Shown here one piece after another: positions 63,631-64,000 of a stretch of DNA of 64,000 nucleotides (position 1 is its first letter; each line of letters opens with the position of its first letter). A model generated the notes under the pieces. The model worked only from the letters and a program-made list of their open reading frames with translations, did no database searches and was not told the origin of the DNA. The stretch is from Gordius albopunctatus (lineage: Eukaryota). The position numbers and the translations under genes were made by a program. The stretch spans positions 7,316,001 through 7,380,000 of the forward strand of contig OZ193909.1 of NCBI GenBank assembly GCA_964276515.1, read 5' to 3'.

Positions 63631-64000
63631 TGAACCCGGCAAACGTTGTTTTGCCATTTACCCGGGTGTATTAAATTATGTTGGAATTTTAGGGCATACA
63701 TGATGATAAAGTGGTTATTGAAGTAAAAATAAGGTTTGATATTTTTCAAACAAATAGTTAAAGAGGGTCCAAGGCCCAGGCCCACCCAAGAGATAAAACC
63801 TGGCCCCATTCCCCCCCCCCCCCAGAGGGGAAAATCTTTCGCCCCCTGGCCCTTCAAGCAATTTTTTATATTTTTTTGTAATTAAGAAACAATATCATAA
63901 TTATTTGTTTCTGAATAAAACTTTTAATTCAGAACTTAATAATGTCCGAAGAACTGAGATATATCAACATTTATTGGCACTTTGTTAATTTTATTTTCAT

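Noticed and set aside
63366..63857. 163-aa ORF on the minus strand and overlapping plus-strand ORF
   Set aside because: Runs through a MITE and repeats; the Gly/Pro runs are translations of G/C tracts.

Overview
AT-rich eukaryotic genomic DNA from an animal, probably a protostome invertebrate; the taxon cannot be fixed from this window. Two complete spliced genes could be rebuilt by hand with all intron phases consistent: mitochondrial ribosomal protein S5 (MRPS5/uS5m, minus strand, 8 exons, 430 aa) and, head-to-head with it, a KIF21-type kinesin-4 (plus strand, at least 37 exons, about 1910 aa, motor + coiled coil + WD40). Partial exons of two unidentified genes lie at the window edges. The rest is transposon-rich: a young Mag-like Ty3/gypsy element with 175-bp LTRs, two RTE LINE families, a tRNA-derived SINE with an RTE-like tail, two decayed hAT transposons, and many hAT-type MITEs and non-autonomous elements with 8-bp TSDs and poly-G tracts. 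Most notable: (1) very degenerate splice sites (only 6 of 43 donors have +5G, 11 of 43 acceptors are AAG, one weak GC donor, and introns of 35 and 38 nt); (2) a fossil DIRS/hepadnavirus-type RNase H with no downstream recombinase; (3) a SINE-LINE pair. No prokaryotic features, CRISPR arrays or rRNA genes were seen.
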